DNA of 59,920 nucleotides, filler included, from Dugesia japonica (Eukaryota): assembly GCA_001938525.1 (NCBI GenBank). It is 5 parts of 5 records of this genome, joined end to end, with 100 filler letters (N's around TTAATTAATTAA, not from the genome) between each part and the next. Parts side by side here need not be neighbours in the genome. Positions count along the whole stretch, not along the records: positions 45,572 to 59,920 come from MQRL01581873.1; 4 more parts are not named here. One strand, given 5' to 3'. Positions 52,571-59,920 of this stretch are shown in pieces. The notes under the pieces are model-generated. The model saw nothing but the letters and a program-made list of their open reading frames with translations, ran no database searches and was not told the origin of the DNA. The stretch's first letter is position 1, and each line of letters starts with the position of its first letter. The position numbers and the translations under genes were made by a program.

Positions 52571-54224
52571 TTTTGGAAAAATGAAAGTGTAACTTAAGGG
52601 CACTTTAAAAAAAATAAAAAAATACTTTTTCTCATAAGACTATCAGTTTTATTCGGCCTCATGAAAAATAATATAGGTGTGTATTTGTTTTATGATGTAA
52701 ATTATTTAATTATTCTTATTTTAGAAAGAAGAAAAAAGAAAGTTCAAGAAAAAAAGAAATAAGAAACAAAATAAGTATATAGAAAATCAAAACGAACAAA
52801 ACGATCCTCTTTTAAGCCACAAACTGTGATTGTGTTACGTTTACATATTTTCTTAGGACCCAAAAAAAGTGGTATTGTTTTTTTTATTTTATTATTTTAT
52901 AACATAAACATATTTTATGTTCATGAAATGTATTTATAAATAGTTAAATTTTAACTTTCAATTTTTTTATTAATTACCTTTGATTACCTAGATTCAATAG
53001 TATTTTCTAATTCTTCTGAATTGAATTTGAGTTGTTTTTGCATTCTTCGTTTCGTGAGATAACTAGACTGTCTAAAAATTGAATTTCAATTCATGCACGG
53101 AGTCCTTCTTGCAATTTCTTCTCCAACATATAATGATACAACAATACCTCATTGTTTGAGATCTCTAGTATTGAATGTTCAAACGGATTCAGATTGTATT
53201 CTCTCTTTAAGAGTTCGGCTTTGTTCACTATACATATAAATAAATACTGAGGACAATCCAAAGTTTATCTTTGATCATTGATTGAAATAACTTTACATCC
53301 AACACTTCCTTCATTGTACATCTGAAAACCTTCATTATTTTTTTTGCATATCCCGATTTGTTTAATCATTTCATATTTTCAGAATAAGGTGCTCTTCAAA
53401 TCTATCATTTTTGAGAAAAAATAAATTATTTAAAACATTTGACTTGACATACTTATGTACATTTATATTTTTAGGTTCTAGATTAAAGAGAGAAACATCA
53501 GGAACCGAAAACTTTGTATAGATGAAGAAAAAACCAAAGAAGTGCTAATAAAATGTTATAAAAAATAAATGTTTGTTATTGTAAATTATTTTTACTTTCT
53601 TTTTATAAGTAGTAAATAAACCAATATATATTTGCAATAGATATGCAACCAAAAATCACGTGACTGATGATTTCTAGACTGCTCGAAGCATTAAAATACA
53701 TTTATAATTAAATTTTGCAACATGATTGCATCAACCATGTAATACGGTTGCAAAAAGCATACACGTAAAGATTTCCCGAACAAAGAAAACATATCAAGAC
53801 TGCCCAAACATTCATCCATAAGTATCTTGCTCCTTTTCCACTATAGTAAAAATAAAAATTCATATATGCGCATTCACATCTCGAAAAAATATAAACACAT
53901 CTTTTTCCTATCACCCCTTTCTTCCTCTTTCCAATAAAAATAATTTCAACTCGGAAATATTTTCCAGCTACATATACTACTTACTAATCTTTAAACTTTA
54001 AACATGAAAAATAAAAGCAATAATTTATCATATCACCCAAACATTGACACCATCATCTATTCTTTCCAACAACATCAAATTTCAAAAAATACAACAACCA
54101 AACTCAACACCACACAAATTTTAAGTCAAGTGCGCGATAACTCATTGCACTGTGCCAGTGCTTACCTAGGTTTGCTTACCCAAGCATATTTTACACCATA
54201 AATCCTCTAGGCAATGTATTGTTC

Positions 54225-54332
54225 GAATCCAAAAATCTTAAGAAAAAAATGGATTTGAGATTATGTACTATGAGTAAAAAGCTGGTAACATGTACATCCA
54301 AATCCAGCTTTCAGAAATCTATCAAGATTGAT
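54225..54332 (+). pseudogene. Short pPolB fragment
   Basis: KNLKKKMDLRLCTMSKKLVTCTSKSSFQKSIKID is homologous to KNLKKRINLHLCNSAKKLVAYTSKPSFQKTF at ~55610-55720(-). Confidence 0.7.
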
Positions 54333-55380
54333 AGTAGATAGATAGTGAGTTACTGGATCACACACACAATCACAACCACTCCCAGGATTAATGATGTAAC
54401 GAAACATAATTCTAATGTATTAAGTTGGGAATTTAAATATTGCATCATATTAGATAATATTAGTTAATTTCATTAAAATAAGATAAGGCTTCGATCGAAG
54501 CCTTATATTATTTTAATGAAATCTCAAATCCGATCAATGGTTAAGTCCAACAATTATTCTCACAATAATTGTAATTATAAAATTAGTTAATTTGGTTTGA
54601 TTTTTCCCTGTGTATTTAGTTGAGAAATTTTTTTGCTTACAAATTATGTCATTAGATTAATCTCATCGTCGAGCTTTTTACGTAATATAATTAAGTGTTG
54701 TGATATTTTCATGTGTATTTAGTTAGGAAATTTTTTCAAGCTTTTATGTGGCAAAAACGTTTTATCGAAATTTTTTTATTGGAATCCGAGCAAACCGTTT
54801 TGTTTAATGTTGTTTAATATAATATAAAAATTTAAAAATTTTTCAATGAAATCTTTATGGGAATTTGGGTAAACAGACCAAATTTTTGAAAAAATATTTT
54901 CTATATCTCAGGTTTCAAAGATTTTTATACCAAACTGCTGAGGATTTTACGACGATAATTATTGGTTTTCCAATATTTTATACAGAAATCTTTTGAAATT
55001 ATGTTGTTTACTCAAAATCGGCCAACAAGGTGTTTAAATGATAGAGAATGTTTGTTTGATTCCAAATATGTTAAAATCGTCGAAGTTAATATTCGGTGAA
55101 ATAAATGGGTTTTGTGATGTAAAAATCTCGTAATTCAGAGTTTAATTCTCAGACCTCTGTGCGTAAAAAACTGCTATTGACTCAAATTTAGTATTTTTTT
55201 TTACTCAGGAAGAAACATTGGCTGTGCAAAGTTAAAATATCGTCTCGAAAAAAAGCTTCCTAACAAATATGTACAACTGTCCTAGCGGATTTTAATATTT
55301 TTTGAAAATATCAAAAGTAACTTAAAATTTATCGAAATTGATACTATTCGATGGAAAGTTTTACAGTGAGTACAAATAAC
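54333..55380 (+). mobile_element. Polinton terminal region (5'-AGTAGATAG)
   Basis: Begins AGTAGATAGATAGTGAG; colinear with 15926-17659; directly followed by pPolB. Confidence 0.7.
54471..54581 (+). mobile_element. Palindromic pLTR-like element, copy E (collapsed), with 12-bp TSD
   Basis: Palindrome centred on CGATCG (54468-54521) plus tail. ATTAGTTAATTT at 54459-54470 and 54582-54593. Absent from the homologous TIR near 16060. Confidence 0.8.
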
Positions 55381-55429
55381 CCTATAAAAATCTGTCAAAT
55401 ATATTACATATTAAGTTATTTAAAAGAAA

Positions 55430-57060
55430 ACAAACATTAAATATTGGAGTATGACCCGAGAAACATTTTCTTCTTTTCCATATTTTTCAAGTTCTGCATA
55501 TTGAAGTTGGTACATTCTAAGCTTAGATAAATCAAGTACAGATTGTTCAATATAATTTGGACGATCCAAACAAATAACATCCTTATTAAGCTGAACAGCA
55601 ATCAAATCTTTATCAATTTAAAAAGTTTTTTGAAAGCTTGGTTTGGAAGTATAAGCTACCAACTTTTTAGCAGAGTTACAGAGATGAAGATTTATCCTCT
55701 TCTTAAGATTTTTAACAGTCTTACCGTAAAGTCTATTTTTGAGTAACTTATAATAACTTTTATCTAACTCATTTTCACTTTCAAACCTTAATGCAGGGTT
55801 TTAAAGCTCTATGAATTTTAGTCACTTCAACCACTATTTTTAAATAAAATTGAAGTAATCTCCAATGCATTAAATAGTTTTCTTCAAATAATGTGTCAAT
55901 AATAAATTTTAAATTTTAGTACCTTACACAATTTTTGTTTTGCAGCAACTGGTAAGGAACTTAAGAAGTCATGTAGTTCATTTGGAATCATCATATTAGC
56001 TTCAACACCATAACCATAAGATAAAGAATCTAAATCTAAAATCCTACAATCAACAAAAATATTTTCTAAGTCAATGTACCCATTTAAAATTCTTAAAAGG
56101 TATCTTTTGGCTTAAAGTCCAACCGTATAAATTATTAATATCTATGAATAAAAGTTTAGAATCATAATTTGTAGCTACATAAGGCTTATTTACAAAATTA
56201 AGACCTTCTCTAATACCACCTTCAAAGAAAGTGTACATATTATTGTCAGTCAAAAAGTTAATGGGTTCATTTAAAGTCATCACTGCATAAGCCTAACTCA
56301 TTTCAGGAATACCAAAAAATTAAGTTGTTCTAACCTGTTATGTTCTAAAGATTTAGCCTAAAATTGCTGAAAAAATCAGCCAAAAGAAAAACATTAAGTT
56401 TCAAATAGACCATCATATAGTTTAAAAGATTCTTACAACCACAAAATTCCCACGTCTCAACAGCTCTAAAGCAATTTTCCTCAGAAACTCCAATAAAACT
56501 GGTAACTATTTATAAACTTTACTGATACGTTCAATATATGTGCAGTGAAACTCAAACATTTTTCATTATTGTTGGGAATACAAGAAATCTCCCAATTTGA
56601 AAATTTACTAAGTCCATACTACAAATTATGAAATAGTACAAAAAGTTCAAACCTTATTTTCCTATTTATATTGCATTGGGAACAAGCAGGTCCTATATAC
56701 TTTCCTGTAAAGTGGTCATGGTCTTTTACAGGGTTTTTAATTGATTTTCTACACAAATAACAGATTGTAGATCTTTTAAAGCTTATTTCCTCATCATGCG
56801 TAATTATAATTGACTTTCCACTATTTTTCTCATAATAAGGTTTGACAATGCTTTTAGTTAAATCCTCAATCATCTCTAAAAAGTTGTAAATACAGTTTAA
56901 TCTAATGAACTNNNNNNNNNNNNNNNNNNNNNNNNNNNNNNNNNNNNNNNNNNGTCCAGCAAAACTTGGTTCATGTCCCTAAAAATATTTAGGATCTTTT
57001 GATAAAACTGATTCGAAATCAGGGTAAATTACGAAAAGAGGCATTACAGTCTTATATAAA
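55430..57060 (-). pseudogene. Polinton protein-primed DNA polymerase B with Endo VII/HNH-like Zn module
   Basis: VIYPDFES, CYLC..VKDHDHFTGKYIGPACSQCN..FHNL, GGIREG, motif A DINNLYG..LSQKIP, motif B LLKNRLYGKT, RPNYIEQSVLDLSK. Confidence 0.92.
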
Positions 57061-57134
57061 AATATTCATAATAAAACTTACACAGTAAAAATTACAAATG
57101 AAATAAGTTATACTGTTTTTTATTCAATACATTT

Positions 57135-57480
57135 ACTCAATACAAAATGTCATCCGTATGATGATTTTCAACATATTGCGATTTTTCAGCCTCCATGTTG
57201 TTTCTTAACAATAATAGGCAATGTTCACCACAATTTTTAGCTTGTCATTCTTGTTATCGTGTTCGATTATAGATAATAAAATTTGATAGACTCGATAGTT
57301 GCGATACTAGTATTGATGAATAATAAATCCAAATGGATCAAATACTAAGATATGTTCAGGTTTATTATAAACCACAACCCAATGTTCACCTTCGAAGTTT
57401 GAGCTCTAAGTATTGGCCACTAGAGCTCTATTGACTGTAATATATGAAATTTTGACAAACAAACATCCTACTAACTAGTA
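57135..57480 (-). pseudogene. Adenain-like (Polinton) cysteine protease
   Basis: VANT*SSNFEGEHWVVV, VFDPFG, IIYNRTR*Q, NCGEHCLLLL: catalytic H-D-Q-C in adenain order. Confidence 0.82.
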
Positions 57481-57610
57481 TAATTCAAGCCATTATTTTT
57501 ATTGATCTGAATAGAACTAATGATATAATAAATTAATTAAATTATCAAAACTTACTTCATTTTTTTTTAATTTTCATGACGTTAAGGTTGTTTAAACCAA
57601 AGTTGATTGA

Positions 57611-58040
57611 TTAAAGAAATATTTTTCTTTTACCAGTACTTTGAATTTCATTTTCAAGTACTTCATAAATTATTGCATGTGTTGGGGCTACTAATGAAGT
57701 ATTGAATATTATATCTAACTTAAGATTACCATGCATTTGGCTTAAATCAAAGTCTAGAGCAATCACAAAGACAAAAAACAGATATTTCGTCTTAAACTAT
57801 TCAGTTGTTATTCCACAATTCATATTCTGGTTTGGATATCACATATTTCTAACCATCGATTGCATATATGATGTACTATAATCATTATTTTTAAAATATT
57901 CAGTATAAGTCTCTCTGTAATCTCCATTTTCTAAAAAAATCCATAAAAATCATTAATTTAACTTAATTTAAACAAAAATTGAATTATCGGCGGTTCCGTA
58001 ATGATTAAATAAGTACTAAGTCCTATTAAATTTATTAGTC
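57611..58040 (-). pseudogene. Second-type Polinton major capsid protein, C-terminal fragment
   Basis: FKNNDYSTSY, NCGITTE*FKTKYLFFVF, GNLKLDIIFNTSL..HAIIYEVLENEIQ matches the GNL.LE..F..AL....IVY..F.N.I ending of vertebrate-type Maverick MCPs. Confidence 0.65.
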
Positions 58041-59174
58041 ATAGATACACATTGATTACACTATAAACTCTATAAATTTCTAACTTACTTATGCAATCAG
58101 CTAAACGAAATCTGATTGGTCGCACGTGTGGGGAAAGGTGAACCAGTTCGCTCCTATCTATTTATTAACATAATTTCACCCTTTTATAAGGCAATGATTA
58201 AATTAGTTATTATATTAACCAGTCGCTTTAAGGTCTAATATGAGAAAATTATGAGAAAATTATTTCTGGTAAATTGATATCAGATAAAATTAATNNNNNN
58301 NNNNNNNNNNNNNNNNNNNNNNNNNNNNNNNNNNNNNNNNNNNNNNNNNNNNNNNNNNNNNNNNNNNNNNNNNNNNNNNNNNNNNNNNNNNNNNATTAAA
58401 TTTATAAAGAATCTTTTTATAAATAATATTTTATATTTTTTCGTTTACGTATATTTTTATTTATATTTGTGGGTAGTTTTGAATGGATTTAGTTGAAATT
58501 TATGAAAACTTCATGTATTTTATATATCATTTTGTTTATCAAAACAATCGAAAAAAAGTACAAAAAAGTTTAAGTGGGTTTTGTTTTTTGTTTATTTAGT
58601 TCTAAAAATAGTTTGTAAATCAATATTTTACTGAATGAATGTTTTTCTAATCGTTTTGATTAAAATTATTTTATTTGTATTAATTATATTTATCTTTTAT
58701 TAACTTGTTTTTATTAGTTTTATTTTTACAATGTTACAAGTTTCCATAACAAATTTATTCTAATACAAGTTTAGTTGATTTTTTGTTAATAGTTTAATAT
58801 TTCAATAAAACAATACATTTATAAAAACTCGTGTCTTTGAAATTCAATAAATATTTAGTATTTATTATTTAAATATTTATACATTCAATAAATCAAAATT
58901 AACATAAATATATTTAATTAAATTTTCACAAAAAATATATTCTTATAAAAATATAGTTCAAATATATATTCGATAATTTTACAATTAAATCATAATACAG
59001 TTAAGTAAATTAAAATATATACATTGACAAAAATTTCTTTTAATATTTATACATTCAATTAATTGAAATGTACACCTCAATACATTTAATTAATTTCCAA
59101 ATAAAAATATAATAAATAATTTTAAGGGAAAGCTTTATTATGCTATAATACATAACCTTCTTGATAATATACGG

Positions 59175-59658
59175 CTAAATTAGCAGGTGTCTAGAAATAG
59201 TAGATTCACTACCTTTCAAATGGAAATTCTGTCGCATCCTTTGCTTCAACTTGTGTATACTTTCAGTATATTTCAGCCCTAGGTTAAAGTTCACCCAAAT
59301 ATATTTCAACACCAGGGATGGAGGGGTGATGCAGTGCGTTAGGATCTGCATACTCCTCTTTTTTACAACCTCAATCTTTGTTATTTGAATTACCAATAAA
59401 AACACACCTACGTGCTGAGGATATTTTACATCCATATGCCTGTGCCAGACTCCAAACCGCCACCATTTGTTGCGGTTTCTAAAACTCTTTTTTTTGGTAA
59501 CTTCATCAATCTTCTTATATATACCTCTGTTTGAAACATGTTTAACTCCTCAACACACTTTAACAACTATTCTGTTATCCGAATTAATTGAAATGTCATC
59601 AGAAGTAATTGAAATCTCCTCTAATTTAATTGAAGTTTCTTCAGCTTCAGATACCATT
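59175..59658 (-). mobile_element. Tc1/IS630-like transposase N-terminal HTH remnant
   Basis: YKKIDEVTKKRVLETA..SLAQAYGCKISSA and KLKQRMRQNFHLKGSESTISRHL resemble paired HTH domains; no DDE part visible. Confidence 0.45.
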
Positions 59659-59920
59659 ATAAAAGTAATGATAAATTAATAAATCAGTCATTGCAATAAT
59701 TGATTGAAGATTATCACTTTCAATGTATAATATTTTAAATTATAAATTTTCTATTTTTTATTTAAAAATGGATGTCTACTTTTTGAAATTTATTGAATAT
59801 TTTTTTTAAATTTGTTTGCTTATTATTTTAAATAGATCGGGAAAAGGTATACTGTCAACCAATGAAAATTATTAAAACTGTAAGAAATAGCTCATGCCTT
59901 AGGACATTTTTTAATTTTAT

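Noticed and set aside
35978-58040. One complete ~22-kb Polinton spanning all viral genes
   Set aside because: Crosses an artificial linker at 45472; termini point the wrong way and belong to different families; genes are duplicated and of different types.

Overview
Very AT-rich eukaryotic (animal) draft-assembly sequence. The ~40-55 bp introns and the TE mix suggest a planarian-type flatworm (inference). It is not one locus: four identical 100-bp linkers (N44-TTAATTAATTAA-N44) join five separate scaffolds (1-9062, 9163-17659, 17760-35493, 35594-45471, 45572-59920). Host genes I can reconstruct by hand are the 3' 12 exons of a divergent SAPS/PP6 regulatory subunit, two exons of a SIK-family kinase (UBA region) and a 3-exon 179-aa orphan. 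Most of the rest is decayed mobile DNA: several Ty3/Gypsy fragments, a Penelope-like RT, mariner/Tc1/DD39D-like, Merlin and hAT remnants, and abundant Polinton/Maverick (adintovirus-like) debris. That debris includes protein-primed PolB x3, two different major capsid proteins, an adenain protease, ATPase fragments, a PLA2-integrase fusion and four element termini. Highlights: (1) a 5-copy short palindromic element carrying a minimal type-I hammerhead ribozyme with co-varying palindromic helix III, one copy inserted with a 12-bp TSD; (2) a Polinton terminus built of alternating RFX X-boxes and nuclear-receptor motifs; (3) the PLA2-integrase/extended-capsid Polinton. All family calls come from manual motif recognition; no database searches were run.
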